From contig JAHFMR010000002.1 in NCBI GenBank assembly GCA_023267755.1, positions 42,463-106,462 on the forward strand: a stretch of DNA of 64,000 nt, written 5' to 3'. Below are positions 36,630-45,998 of the stretch, piece by piece. Each line of letters opens with the position of its first letter. The stretch's first letter is position 1. Position numbers and translations under genes: made by a program. Source of the DNA: a bacterium (GTDB lineage: Bacteria > Patescibacteriota > Minisyncoccia > Phycocordibacterales > Phycocordibacteraceae). The notes below the pieces were generated by a model that was not told the origin of the DNA, did not search any database, and saw only the letters and a list, made by a program, of their open reading frames with translations.

Positions 36630-36702
36630 GGGCGATTAGCTCAGTTGGTAGAGCAACCCCTTTACACGGGGAAGGTCAGAGGTTCGAGTCCTCTATCGCC
36701 CA
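36630..36702 (+). tRNA. tRNA-Val (anticodon TAC)
   Basis: It starts immediately after the tRNA-Leu CCA. It has a gggcgat/atcgccc acceptor stem, a tttacac anticodon loop and a T-loop ttcgagt. Confidence 0.75.
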
Positions 36703-36740
36703 CTAGAAACAAAAAGCATGGTATACCGGTTTACATATCT

Positions 36741-37433
36741 ATGAACACTTCTACAGAGAGCGTAGTACCCGTGTGTGTCGGCATCATCCTCGACGGCAAT
36801 CGTCGCTGGGCAAAGGAGCGTGGGCTGCCGAAGCTCGAGGGACACCGTGCGGGTATGGAAAAAGTAAAAGAAGCGACACGTTTCGTGCGTGCGAGCGGTG
36901 TTGCGCATCTCGTGGTGTATGCGTTCTCCACGGAGAATTGGAATCGTACTGAGGAAGAAGTCGGATATCTGATGGATATATTCGGTAATGCGCTCCAAAA
37001 AGAGCTTGGAGAATTAGGGAAGGAAGGAGTGCGTGTGTGCTTTGTGGGGCAGCGTGAGCGATTTACGCCGGAGCTCCAGAAGGCGATGATTGCCACCGAA
37101 GAACAGACTAAGAAGAACGAAACATTCACACTGTGGGTATGTCTCTCATATGGAGGTCGAGCAGAAATCGTTGCCGCAACGCGTGCTCTTGTTGCGATAG
37201 GGAAAGAGATAACGGAAGAAAATATCTCGAATCATCTGTGGACAGGAGGAATGCCTGATCCCGACATCATCATCCGCACAAGCGGCGAACAGCGTCTCTC
37301 GGGATTCCTCACCTGGCAGTCGGTGTACAGCGAGCTTTTCTTCACCGACACCAAGTGGCCGGCCTTCTCTGAAGAAGAGTTCAAGACAATCCTCGCCGAA
37401 TATGCTGATCGAGAACGCCGACATGGGAAATAA
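36741..37433 (+). CDS. uppS: Undecaprenyl diphosphate synthase (cis-prenyltransferase)
   Basis: The ILDGNRRWA and ENW motifs are present, and the C-terminal RFLxWQ-like motif (SGFLTWQS) is also found. Confidence 0.9.
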   Translation: MNTSTESVVPVCVGIILDGNRRWAKERGLPKLEGHRAGMEKVKEATRFVRASGVAHLVVYAFSTENWNRTEEEVGYLMDIFGNALQKELGELGKEGVRVCFVGQRERFTPELQKAMIATEEQTKKNETFTLWVCLSYGGRAEIVAATRALVAIGKEITEENISNHLWTGGMPDPDIIIRTSGEQRLSGFLTWQSVYSELFFTDTKWPAFSEEEFKTILAEYADRERRHGK

Positions 37434-38133
37434 GCTTCAAATTCTCTACGAAGATGCAGATATTGTCGCGGTCGCGAAGCCGGCTGGGTTGATTACACAC
37501 AGCGATGGACGCACTGAAGAAGAAACTGCGGAGGACTGGTTTAAGAAAACATATGGCGCTGAAACCGGAGGTGGCTATGTGCACCGTCTCGATCGAGACA
37601 CCTCGGGCGTGCTCGTCTTCGCGAAGAATCTCCCAGCATATGAGTTCCTGCGGAAAGCTTTCCACGATCGAGAGGTGAAGAAGACGTATCTCGCCTTCAC
37701 CTATGGTGCACCGAAAGAGAAGAAGGGCGTTATCGACTTTGATATTGGACGTTCACGCCAAGACTTCCGTCTCCGCTCGGCGCAGCCCAAGGCGAAGGGG
37801 CGGCTCCGTGAGGCGCTCACGCGCTACGAGGTGGTGGGGGAGTATGGTGAGTATGCGCTGATGAAGCTTATGCCCGAGACGGGTCGCACACACCAGATCC
37901 GCGTCCACCTGAAGGCGATTCACCATCCAATAGTGAGTGACCCGCTCTATGCGCCTGGCCGCGAGCCAGCGATCGGCATCACGCGCCTCGGTCTCCACGC
38001 AGCACAGCTTGATCTCCCGCTTCCTTCTGGCGGGCGAGTAACGATTACGGCACCTGCTCCGGAAGACCTCACTGCTGCCTTTGCGCTCTTCCCGGACATG
38101 GCCGAGACATTTGCTCTCTCTCAAAGCGCGTGA
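37423..38133 (+). CDS. RluA-family pseudouridine synthase
   Basis: It has the HRLDRDTSG catalytic motif. Its size and context are typical of RluA/RluD. Confidence 0.85.
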   Translation: MGNKLQILYEDADIVAVAKPAGLITHSDGRTEEETAEDWFKKTYGAETGGGYVHRLDRDTSGVLVFAKNLPAYEFLRKAFHDREVKKTYLAFTYGAPKEKKGVIDFDIGRSRQDFRLRSAQPKAKGRLREALTRYEVVGEYGEYALMKLMPETGRTHQIRVHLKAIHHPIVSDPLYAPGREPAIGITRLGLHAAQLDLPLPSGGRVTITAPAPEDLTAAFALFPDMAETFALSQSA

Positions 38134-38148
38134 TAGAGTGCGCGACAC

Positions 38149-38646
38149 ATGAAGAAGGTTATTACTCCAGTCAATATTGAAGGGCGCGCGAAGCTTGGGA
38201 TTCGCGCGGGGGACACGATTCGCGTTGTGCAGAATATCGTCGACCTCAAGAAGGGAAAGGGCGCAGACAAGAAGGAGAAAATAATCAAGAATGTCCGCAA
38301 GCAGGTCTTTGAGGGCCTGGTCATCTCGACGAAGCACGGCACAGAGGCGGGCGGGATGTTCACCGTCCGCACGACGCTCTCGGGCGTGGGTGTCGAGAAG
38401 ACCTTCCCACTCTACTCCCCGGTCATCGACTCTATCGAAATAGTGAAGCGCTCCAAGGTCCGTCGCGCCAAGCTCTACTTCATCCGCGAGAAGGCGGCTA
38501 AGGCGGTCCGCCGCCAGCTCCGCAACGCGCGTATGATGCACCTGAAGAGCGACGAGACGGTCGTGCCGGAAGAGGTGGTGGTAGAGGCCGATGTGAGCGA
38601 GATGGCTGCTCCGGCAGCGGAGCAAGTCACAGAAGCTGTAGTATAG
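38149..38646 (+). CDS. rplS: 50S ribosomal protein L19 (with an acidic C-terminal extension)
   Basis: GDTIRV...VFEGLVIS...GVGVEKTFPLYSP...VRRAKLY are L19 hallmark stretches. Confidence 0.9.
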   Translation: MKKVITPVNIEGRAKLGIRAGDTIRVVQNIVDLKKGKGADKKEKIIKNVRKQVFEGLVISTKHGTEAGGMFTVRTTLSGVGVEKTFPLYSPVIDSIEIVKRSKVRRAKLYFIREKAAKAVRRQLRNARMMHLKSDETVVPEEVVVEADVSEMAAPAAEQVTEAVV

Positions 38647-38657
38647 TAATCTCACCT

Positions 38658-38742
38658 GCCCAGGTGGTGTAATTGGTAAACACGTATGCTTGAGGTGCAT
38701 ATGCCGCAAGGCGTGGAGGTTCAAGTCCTCTCCTGGGCACCA
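38658..38742 (+). tRNA. tRNA-Leu (anticodon GAG), CCA encoded
   Basis: It has a gcccagg/cctgggc acceptor stem, a ttgaggt anticodon loop, a long variable arm and an encoded CCA. Confidence 0.8.
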
Positions 38743-38750
38743 AAAAAATA

Positions 38751-38774
38751 AAACGCCGCGAGGCGTTTTCTTTT
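38751..38774 (+). terminator. Rho-independent terminator
   Basis: An aacgcc-gcga-ggcgtt hairpin is followed by ttcttttg. Confidence 0.75.
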
Positions 38775-38789
38775 GTATACTGACATTCT

Positions 38790-39323
38790 ATGCTCTATAC
38801 CGGTAAAGGAGACGGTGGGACGACCAAGGTGTTCGGCTGTGACCAGCAGCGAATCTCGAAGTCCTCCGAGCTACCCGAAGCGCTTGGCGCGCTCGACGAA
38901 CTGAATGCGTTCCTTGGATTCGTGAAGATGCGTGTGAAGGAATCAGCGCGAATCGCGGGAGCGATTCGCGCTGCACAAGAATCACTCTTCATCATCCAAG
39001 CAGAAGTCGCGGGAGCTGATAAGCGAGTGGGGAAGGAGCGCGTGGAAGAGGTTGAAGCGCTCGTGAACACGATAGAGAAAGAGATCCCACCTATCACTAG
39101 CTTCTCGATAGCGGGCGGCACCGAGCTCTCGGCACTGCTCGATGTCGCCCGCACGCTCTCGCGTCGCGCCGAGCGCCGTGTGGTCGCAGTAGGAGAGCTC
39201 GGTCTGCGCACTCTCTCCCCCGAGACACTGGCCTATCTGAACCGGCTCTCCTCGCTCCTCTTCGCGCTCGCGCGCCTCGCGAACCACGAAGCGGGCGTTG
39301 CCGACGAGCATCCGCGGTATTAG
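38790..39323 (+). CDS. PduO-type ATP:cob(I)alamin adenosyltransferase-family protein
   Basis: MLYTGKGDGGTTKVFGCDQQRISKSSELPEALGALDELNAFLG matches the PduO/MMAB N-terminal signature (T..GD.G.T.L......K.D.R.EA.G..DELN). Confidence 0.8.
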   Translation: MLYTGKGDGGTTKVFGCDQQRISKSSELPEALGALDELNAFLGFVKMRVKESARIAGAIRAAQESLFIIQAEVAGADKRVGKERVEEVEALVNTIEKEIPPITSFSIAGGTELSALLDVARTLSRRAERRVVAVGELGLRTLSPETLAYLNRLSSLLFALARLANHEAGVADEHPRY

Positions 39324-39380
39324 GGCGCAATCTCGGAATTTGTGTTATAAAAAATCTGCGCGGCTTATCTGCGCGTGTAT

Positions 39381-39453
39381 GGCGACTATGGTGTAACGGT
39401 TAACACTGGAGCTTGTGGAGCTCTCGATCAGGGTTCGATTCCCTGTAGTCGCC
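39381..39453 (+). tRNA. tRNA-His (anticodon GTG) with an encoded G-1
   Basis: It has a gcgacta/tagtcgc acceptor stem with an extra 5' G pairing to discriminator C73, and a ttgtgga anticodon loop. Confidence 0.8.
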
Positions 39454-39470
39454 CAAAATGAATTCAGGGG

Positions 39471-40142
39471 GTGCGTGATAGTATGGGCGATATGAAAGAA
39501 CTTTTTCTGGGTATTCTGTTGATTACCATCATCGGTTTTGGAGGGTTTGTATACAGAAACGCGGTCGAACACCCGCTCCAGCAGGTCGCGTGTCCGATGG
39601 ACGCAAAAGTGTGTCCAGACGGCACCTCGGTGGCGCGCACAGGCCTCTCCTGCGCCTTTGCGACGTGCCCGTCGCCGAACGTGACGATCTCAAGTATTAG
39701 CCTCTCCTTCGCGCTCCCGAGCGGATTTACAGAAGCGGTTCTCCCCGACGCGACGAGCATTGCCGCATACGAATCATCAGCAGTCGTTTCCTCATCAACA
39801 AGTGATGCTTTAATCATCGTCCGTCAGTATGCGGTCGATGCTTCTTCGACGCCGCTCGCGACTATTCAGAAGACCGCCATCGGCACGCCCTCCGATCTTC
39901 CGGTTAGCGCGACCTCCTTTACCTCTACGATGCTGGGGAATCACCGGTTCACGGTTGTCTCGATAGAGCGTTTTGAGGGAACAGTTGATACCGCGTATTA
40001 TCTTGCACGCACCACGGATGTGCTCCGTTTCGATGCTATCGACATGAATGTCGCACGGTGGACCGATGCCAATCTCGATATGCAGACACTTCCAGCACAC
40101 AGCGCACTTACGAAACTTCTCACCACCCTTCAAGGACAGTAG
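39471..40142 (+). CDS. Hypothetical membrane-anchored protein
   Basis: It has an N-terminal TM, a four-Cys cluster (CPMDAKVCPDG...CAFATCP) and a Ser/Thr-rich ectodomain. Confidence 0.5.
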   Translation: MRDSMGDMKELFLGILLITIIGFGGFVYRNAVEHPLQQVACPMDAKVCPDGTSVARTGLSCAFATCPSPNVTISSISLSFALPSGFTEAVLPDATSIAAYESSAVVSSSTSDALIIVRQYAVDASSTPLATIQKTAIGTPSDLPVSATSFTSTMLGNHRFTVVSIERFEGTVDTAYYLARTTDVLRFDAIDMNVARWTDANLDMQTLPAHSALTKLLTTLQGQ

Positions 40143-40146
40143 TTAG

Positions 40147-40992
40147 GTGGTACACTATAGGGAGTTATTCCTTATGTATTCATCTATGAATGATCACCCT
40201 TTCCTCAATATCTTCGGCGACAACGGTGTGCGCATTGCGCTTACCGGAGCACTCGCTATCCTCGCGCTTTTCCTGCTTGCACAAACGATTACGACAACAG
40301 CAAATTTCGGCCGCTCAGGTGTGCCGGCGACCGATACGGTCACGGTGCAGGGAAGCGGACAGGCGACGATGGCTCCAGATGTCGCACGCATCTCCTTCAC
40401 TGTGCAGAACACGGCAGCAACGGTTGCCGATGCGCAGGTCGCTACCACGAAGCAGGCCAACACCGCGACTGATTTTGTGAAAGGGCAGGGTATTGCCGAC
40501 AAAGACATAAAGACGCTCTCGTACACTATCTCGCCGCAGTATTCATATCCGAATCCGTGCCGGATTGGGGAAGTCTGTCCAGCATATAGCGGCGCACCGA
40601 AGATTACTGGGTACCAGGTTTCCGAATCAATTCAGGTGACGATGCACGACCTCACTGCGGTCGGCACGCTACTTGGCGGTATCGGGGGGCTCGGCGTGCA
40701 GAATGTGAATGGTCCTGATTTCGGTCTGGACGATTCAACTGCCGGCTACGCCGCTGCGCGTGCGGACGCGATCACCAAGGCGCGTGTGCAGGCGGAAGTA
40801 CTCGCGAGACAGCTAGGTGTTCATCTTGGTAAAATAGTGAACTTCAGCGAATCTGCCAGCGGGGGGACATATCCGATGATGTACGCGATGTGGGTAGGCG
40901 CCTCTGATGCGAAGGCAGCCCCGACGCCGTCGGTCCCGGCAGGGGAGAACACCTATAACGCGTCGGTCTCGATTACTTACGAGATTCGCTAG
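40147..40992 (+). CDS. SIMPL-domain (DUF541) periplasmic protein
   Basis: An N-terminal TM is followed by VQGSGQA...ARISFTVQ...ITGYQVSESIQV and C-terminal ENTYNASVSITYEI, matching the SIMPL/BP26 pattern. Confidence 0.7.
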   Translation: MVHYRELFLMYSSMNDHPFLNIFGDNGVRIALTGALAILALFLLAQTITTTANFGRSGVPATDTVTVQGSGQATMAPDVARISFTVQNTAATVADAQVATTKQANTATDFVKGQGIADKDIKTLSYTISPQYSYPNPCRIGEVCPAYSGAPKITGYQVSESIQVTMHDLTAVGTLLGGIGGLGVQNVNGPDFGLDDSTAGYAAARADAITKARVQAEVLARQLGVHLGKIVNFSESASGGTYPMMYAMWVGASDAKAAPTPSVPAGENTYNASVSITYEIR

Positions 40993-41047
40993 GGCAGGTA
41001 TAAAAAATGGGCCCCGTTCATCACGGGGCCCACACGGGGTGTACTCA

Positions 41048-41545
41048 TCACGATTTGCCGATGAGGGCATTTCGGAAATCGTTGATCTTCTGAGCAGCGC
41101 TCCGTTCGTCGGGGTTATCCCCGCTTCCCGTAGTGCTCACGTCGATGTCAACAGTCTTTCCATCCTGGCTCAGAGTCATGGTGACCCGGGTGTAGGAGAA
41201 GTTTCTCCTGCTACCAAAGAGCCCTCCCGCGCTCATGACTTGCTTCGTTGCGATAACCATCACACCGGTTCCCACCGGAGTGAGGCTGTTCCTCTGGTAT
41301 CCCAGACTGGCGATCGCGGCCTTTGCCTTGCTGACGAAGACCTCCGGCGACATCGGTTCGGCGAGCACGATTTTTGACAAATCGGCATCGGACGTGGGAG
41401 TGACGGCGTTTTTCTCTCCCATCTGCGACGCCATCACACTTGGCGCGAGAGCCACCATCTGATTCGCGAGGATTATTCCTTCCGCTCCGCCGCATCCGCC
41501 AAGAACGGGGATGACACAGAAAACAATCAACAATATCCTTTTCAT
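41048..41545 (-). CDS. Hypothetical lipoprotein
   Basis: It has a signal peptide with an LGGC lipobox. Confidence 0.5.
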   Translation of the reverse strand: MKRILLIVFCVIPVLGGCGGAEGIILANQMVALAPSVMASQMGEKNAVTPTSDADLSKIVLAEPMSPEVFVSKAKAAIASLGYQRNSLTPVGTGVMVIATKQVMSAGGLFGSRRNFSYTRVTMTLSQDGKTVDIDVSTTGSGDNPDERSAAQKINDFRNALIGKS

Positions 41546-41738
41546 GGTGCAATACCCTCCTAATAGTGTTGCAAGGATTGCTGCTAGGGAAGCCAGCTTC
41601 AGGTGCGTCTATTCCAGTTAATATTATACACTTGCTGGATATCTTGTCAACCGTGCTTGACTCAAGTGACACGCCGTACTATGCTTGTGTTATTGAAGGC
41701 CCGCGGGGCTTTTTTATTTACCAAAATATACGCTTGTT

Positions 41739-41924
41739 ATGATTTCACCCCTCGTCTATCTGAAGCATGTGCGCGAAGAGTTCGCACATATCGTCTGGCC
41801 GAGCAATCGGACCGCGGTGGCACACACACTCGTGGTTATTCTTATCGCGCTCGCAATCGCGGTGCTCGTCGGCATCGCCGACTACGCCTTCGGACTCTTG
41901 GTGAGTCACGTTGCTGGCGTTTAA
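41739..41924 (+). CDS. secE: Preprotein translocase subunit SecE
   Basis: The 61-aa protein has EFxxxVxWP-like (EFAHIVWPS) followed by a single TM. It lies immediately upstream of nusG. Confidence 0.85.
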   Translation: MISPLVYLKHVREEFAHIVWPSNRTAVAHTLVVILIALAIAVLVGIADYAFGLLVSHVAGV

Positions 41925-41939
41925 CGCTCCATATATTAT

Positions 41940-42581
41940 ATGGACGACAATCAAAACCTGCAGATGAGCGAGATGGACACTGTTGAGGAGGTTGGGATGG
42001 CGGATATCGCACCGGCCGTGCGTAAGGAGGTACGTGATGAGGTTACCCCGAAGCCCGAAGACGCGCGTTGGTACACTATCCACACCTACGCTGGTTACGA
42101 GAACGCGGTCGAGCGCAACTTGAAGCAGCGCATCGAATCGCTCGGGATGGAAGGGAAGATCTTCGACGTTATCGTCCCGACCGAGAAGAAGATTCGCGTG
42201 AAGAGCGGCAAGCGCATTGTCGAGGAGGAGAAGATTTATCCCGGGTATATCCTCGTGCGTATGATTGTCGACGACGACTCGTGGTTTGTGGTGCGTAACA
42301 CCCCACGGGTGACCGGCTTCGTCGGCAGCGGCAACACGCCGGTCCCGATGGAGGAGTCTGAAGTGGCGACACTGATGAAGCGGATGACGGCAGAGGCGCC
42401 CAAGCACCGCATCGATCTCGTGAAGGACGATCCAATCGTCATCGCGGATGGTCCATTTAAGGATCTCGAGGGTAAGGTTGGCGAGATAGACGAGGATCGC
42501 GGCAAGGTGAAGGTGATGGTCTCAATGTTCGGCCGCGAGACGCCCGTCGAACTCGACTTTTTGCAAATTCGCAAGTTATAA
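41940..42581 (+). CDS. nusG: Transcription termination/antitermination factor NusG (with N-terminal extension)
   Basis: It has the WYTIHTYAGYENAV NGN-domain start and a C-terminal KOW domain (GPFKDLEGKVGEID). Confidence 0.9.
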   Translation: MDDNQNLQMSEMDTVEEVGMADIAPAVRKEVRDEVTPKPEDARWYTIHTYAGYENAVERNLKQRIESLGMEGKIFDVIVPTEKKIRVKSGKRIVEEEKIYPGYILVRMIVDDDSWFVVRNTPRVTGFVGSGNTPVPMEESEVATLMKRMTAEAPKHRIDLVKDDPIVIADGPFKDLEGKVGEIDEDRGKVKVMVSMFGRETPVELDFLQIRKL

Positions 42582-42598
42582 CGTAAAGTCCTTCTATC

Positions 42599-43018
42599 AT
42601 GGCTACCGTTACAAAAAAGATTAAATTGCAGATTCCGGGCGGGAAGGCGACGCCAGCACCGCCAGTAGGTACGGCGCTCGGCCCTGCCGGCGTGAACATC
42701 GGTCAATTCGTGACTCAGTTCAACGAGGCGACCAAGGACAAGCAGGGCACGATTATCCCAATAGAGCTCTCGGTCTACGACGATCGCACCTTCACCTTCA
42801 TTATGAAGAATCCGCCGGCCTCCCGGCTTATCTTGAAGGCGGTCGGGCTCGAAAAGGGATCAAGCAAAGCGAAGAGCTCCAAGGCAGGAACTATCACCAA
42901 GGAACAAATTGCGACTATTGTCGCCGAGAAGATGCCCGACTTAAACGCGAACTCTCCCGAGGCGGCCGCACGCATCATCGCGGGTACCGCACGCTCGATG
43001 GGTATCGAGGTGAAGTAG
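42599..43018 (+). CDS. rplK: 50S ribosomal protein L11
   Basis: [26 protein letters not shown] is a canonical L11 N-terminus. Confidence 0.95.
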   Translation: MATVTKKIKLQIPGGKATPAPPVGTALGPAGVNIGQFVTQFNEATKDKQGTIIPIELSVYDDRTFTFIMKNPPASRLILKAVGLEKGSSKAKSSKAGTITKEQIATIVAEKMPDLNANSPEAAARIIAGTARSMGIEVK

Positions 43019-43033
43019 GGAACAGGGGAAATG

Positions 43034-43062
43034 AAAAAAGCGCTCGCGAGAGCGCCTTTTTT
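43034..43062. terminator. Bidirectional rho-independent terminator (rplK on + / folA on -)
   Basis: It is aaaaaa-gcgctc-gcga-gagcgc-cttttttg, with an A-run and a T-run flanking a GC hairpin. Confidence 0.8.
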
Positions 43063-43079
43063 GTTACTGCAACCCCGGA

Positions 43080-43610
43080 CTAGGGGAGCATGATGCGCTC
43101 GCGCATCTGGAAAGAGGTGACGTGCGTATCGCGCGGGTCCCAGTGTTTCGAGGGTTCGATACTCCGTATCGCCCACGACTCTGGCGGTACTGTCGGGAAG
43201 AACGTGTCGCCTGAAATCTGGGCATGAACGAGCGTGAGGTATATCCGCTGCGCGAGAAGCATCGCTTCTCGGTAGATCTCGCCGCCGCCGATGATGAAGA
43301 CCTCTTCAGCGCCGTGCGTACCCATAGCGGCGATACAAGCGTCTGCAAACGAAGGGACAACTATCGCACCCTCGGCTTGGTAGCCTGCTTGTCGTGTGAG
43401 GACGATATTGGTCCTTTCGGGGAGTGGCTGGAAGGCTTCGGGAAGAGACTCCCAGGTTGCCCGTCCCATAACGACCGGGTGTCCGGTCGTAATCCGTTTG
43501 AACCGCGCCAGATCGCTCGGGAGATGCCACGGCAGCTTGCCGCCCTGGCCGATAGTCCCGTTTGTCGCCCTCGCGACGATGATAGAAAGAACAGTCTTTG
43601 TATTGCACAT
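43080..43610 (-). CDS. folA: Dihydrofolate reductase
   Basis: LSIIVA...NGTIG..GKLPW, LP.D...FK..T and VVMGR.TWESL match DHFR signature segments. Confidence 0.85.
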   Translation of the reverse strand: MCNTKTVLSIIVARATNGTIGQGGKLPWHLPSDLARFKRITTGHPVVMGRATWESLPEAFQPLPERTNIVLTRQAGYQAEGAIVVPSFADACIAAMGTHGAEEVFIIGGGEIYREAMLLAQRIYLTLVHAQISGDTFFPTVPPESWAIRSIEPSKHWDPRDTHVTSFQMRERIMLP

Positions 43611-43797
43611 AATGCACTCCCTTTTTCGATATGAACCCCTGCATAGTCTCGCGATATGCCTCTGGCGTCAACTCCGACGCTACTGGTCGGAGCCCCGACT
43701 CTGACGTCGGGGCTGCTTGCGCCATGCCCCCTTCGAGCGTAGAGTGCGCACAGATTTACCCTGTTCCAAATCATCCCACACAAACTCAGGAGGCCAT

Positions 43798-44622
43798 ATG
43801 GCTGCAGCATTCAATGAAATCACCGTCCGCGTTCTCGCACGTACCGTCGTCGATCGACAAGCGGTGCGGGAATGGCTCGACGAAATGGGGGCGAATGAAT
43901 TCGAGATCCCTTCCGAAGAAACTGTATCCGATCCGGCTCTTCTCGTGGCGCTTGCAGCAAAGCAGTGCTACATGGCATTCCAGCCGGGGCTGAACCCGAA
44001 CGTCAACAAGGTCCGCAAGGATATGGTCGAATACCTCGACAATGTCCTGAAGCAACGCCACGGTTCTGTTCTCGAACATGCGGTGTTCAGTTTCGGCGTC
44101 AACGGATGTTCGAGGGTCTTTACAGGCGAAATGAATCGGCATCGGGCCGGTGTCGGTATTTCCGAGCGAAGCATGCGATACATCCGGTATACCAACATCA
44201 AGTTCTGGATGCCGGAGTGCTTCCGTGATGAGGAGGGTGATACCTCCGCCATTCTTGAGAAGAAACGACTCTCTCGGGAACGGCTTACAGCCCAATTCGC
44301 AAGTCAAGAGGACATGATGGCATTCTTTGCTGAAGTCTGGAAGGAAGAACTCGCTCCCGAGAGCACCTTCCATGCGAAGAAGGTCCTGACCTCGGCATTT
44401 CGGCGCGGCATCGGTATGGGCGTTGCGACCGGCGGTGTCTGGTCGCTCAACTTGCGGGCGCTTCGTCACGTGATTGCGCTGCGTACCGATGAAGGCGCCG
44501 AGGAAGAGATTGCTCACGTCTTCAAGAAGGTCGGCAAGATCATGCTTGCGCAAGTGCCGGAACTCTTCGGGGACTTCAAGGAAGTGAATGGAGTCCTCGT
44601 TCCTGAGTACTGGAAGGTGTAA
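43798..44622 (+). CDS. thyX: Flavin-dependent thymidylate synthase ThyX
   Basis: It has the RHR-x8-S ThyX motif (NRHRAGVGISERS). An AGGAGG RBS lies 6 nt upstream of the ATG. The start is at an internal Met of a longer ORF. Confidence 0.8.
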   Translation: MAAAFNEITVRVLARTVVDRQAVREWLDEMGANEFEIPSEETVSDPALLVALAAKQCYMAFQPGLNPNVNKVRKDMVEYLDNVLKQRHGSVLEHAVFSFGVNGCSRVFTGEMNRHRAGVGISERSMRYIRYTNIKFWMPECFRDEEGDTSAILEKKRLSRERLTAQFASQEDMMAFFAEVWKEELAPESTFHAKKVLTSAFRRGIGMGVATGGVWSLNLRALRHVIALRTDEGAEEEIAHVFKKVGKIMLAQVPELFGDFKEVNGVLVPEYWKV

Positions 44623-44648
44623 TCGGCTGGCCCTCCACGGCTCACTCA

Positions 44649-44676
44649 ACGGCGACTACGGTCGCCGTTTCTTTTT
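44649..44676 (+). terminator. Rho-independent terminator after thyX
   Basis: A ggcgac-tacg-gtcgcc hairpin is followed by gtttcttttt. Confidence 0.75.
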
Positions 44677-44778
44677 ATACAAAATTGCTTTTTACGCCTC
44701 CGGCGCGTACAGTTTGCCCGGGTTGCACACATTGTCATCAATCAGAAACCAAACGCTATAGGCGGAAGGAGTGCCATC

Positions 44779-45894
44779 ATGTTGGATAACGAAAAACCAG
44801 TCGTCCTTGCTGACCGGGACTTGCACGCGATCATCACGGGCGAGGCGCCCTTCATCACCAAGCAAGACAGCTTTACACTCGATCAGATTCAGGCTTCATC
44901 GCTCGATCTCACTCTCGGGTCGCAGGTGTTCGGTATGGGTGTCGCATCTCTGCCGCGCAGTGGCGGGAGTGTCGCCGATCTACTCAAAGGGAATCAGTAC
45001 GCCTTTGATCTCAATATCGGCCAGCCAGGCTTCCTGCATCGCGGCTACACCTACATCGTGCCGCTTAATGAAGGACTTCTGCTCCCCGAAGGGTTTTCGG
45101 CGAAGTTCTCACCCAAGAGCTCGACGGGTCGCACCGATACGTTCGTGCGCATTCTGGCCGACGGCGTACCGCGTTTCGACTACGTACCAGAAGGGTATCA
45201 GGGAAGTTTGTACCTCGAGATTACGCCGCTGTCGTTCCCGATCCTCATCCGTCCAGGCCTCTCGCTCGTGCAGATGCGGATTCGCAATGGCGATGCTCGT
45301 CTGACCGGCAAAGAGGTCGCCATCATGCATTCCCATAAGGGCATCTTTATGGACAAGGGCGGCAAAGTAATCCTGACGCACGACTTGAAGCTGGCCGAGC
45401 ACGGCGTGTATATGCACATCGATCTCGATCGCGATATTGTCGGATTTGCCTCGCGCACCAATGTGGCGAGCGCGCTTACGCTCTTCGACTCGGCAACGCA
45501 CGACTGGAGTGAGTTCTGGGAGCCGATCAGGCGCCCCCGAAACGGTCTCACACTAAATCCCGACCGGTTCTACCTCCTTCCAACAAAAGAGCGGGCGCGT
45601 ATCCCGAACGACGTGTGCGGCGATATCGCTCCCTACGACGCTTCAACCGGGGAGTTCCGTACACACTACGCGGGATTCTTCGATCCGGGCTTTGGTGGCG
45701 AGTTCGGCATCACGGGCGTCCTGGAAGTTCGCGGCAGAGAAGTGCCGCACCGCCTCTTCGATAACGATCCGATCTGCCTTATGAACTTCGAGCGAGTCAG
45801 TCCGGTCTCGAAGCCGTATGACGGGAACTACCAGAATCCCGGACCGTCGCTCTCGAAACACTTCAAGGAGCGATATGAAGCGTGGGGGACCTGA
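44779..45894 (+). CDS. Tandem-domain dCTP deaminase/dUTPase-superfamily protein (2'-deoxycytidine 5'-triphosphate deaminase-like)
   Basis: There are two dUTPase-fold halves. The first carries the KSSTGRTD motif (dCTP deaminase (K/R)SSxxRxG) and the second carries a DPGFGGE motif. At 371 aa it is about twice the size of a canonical Dcd. Confidence 0.6.
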   Translation: MLDNEKPVVLADRDLHAIITGEAPFITKQDSFTLDQIQASSLDLTLGSQVFGMGVASLPRSGGSVADLLKGNQYAFDLNIGQPGFLHRGYTYIVPLNEGLLLPEGFSAKFSPKSSTGRTDTFVRILADGVPRFDYVPEGYQGSLYLEITPLSFPILIRPGLSLVQMRIRNGDARLTGKEVAIMHSHKGIFMDKGGKVILTHDLKLAEHGVYMHIDLDRDIVGFASRTNVASALTLFDSATHDWSEFWEPIRRPRNGLTLNPDRFYLLPTKERARIPNDVCGDIAPYDASTGEFRTHYAGFFDPGFGGEFGITGVLEVRGREVPHRLFDNDPICLMNFERVSPVSKPYDGNYQNPGPSLSKHFKERYEAWGT

Positions 45895-45910
45895 TGGTGC
45901 CAAAATTTTG

Positions 45911-45947
45911 CCCGCGACGACGCCAGTCGTCGCGGGCTTCTCTTTTG
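45911..45947 (+). terminator. Rho-independent terminator
   Basis: A cccgcgacgac-gccag-tcgtcgcggg hairpin is followed by cttctctttt. Confidence 0.75.
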
Positions 45948-45998
45948 GCCGGCTTTTGTATAGGATGATCTTGGACTAATTATACGGAGGGTTCTGTT

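Noticed and set aside
36600-36740. N-terminal 47-aa extension of the uppS ORF overlapping tRNA-Val
   Set aside because: The extension is translated from tRNA sequence. The real start is MNTSTES at 36741.
39381-39453. Apparent extra nucleotide in the tRNA-His acceptor stem
   Set aside because: It resolves as the genomically encoded G-1 pairing with C73, which is standard for bacterial tRNA-His. It is not an anomaly.
43786-44649. 287-aa minus-strand ORF antisense to thyX
   Set aside because: The ThyX RHR-x8-S motif and RBS support the plus strand. The minus ORF has no motifs.
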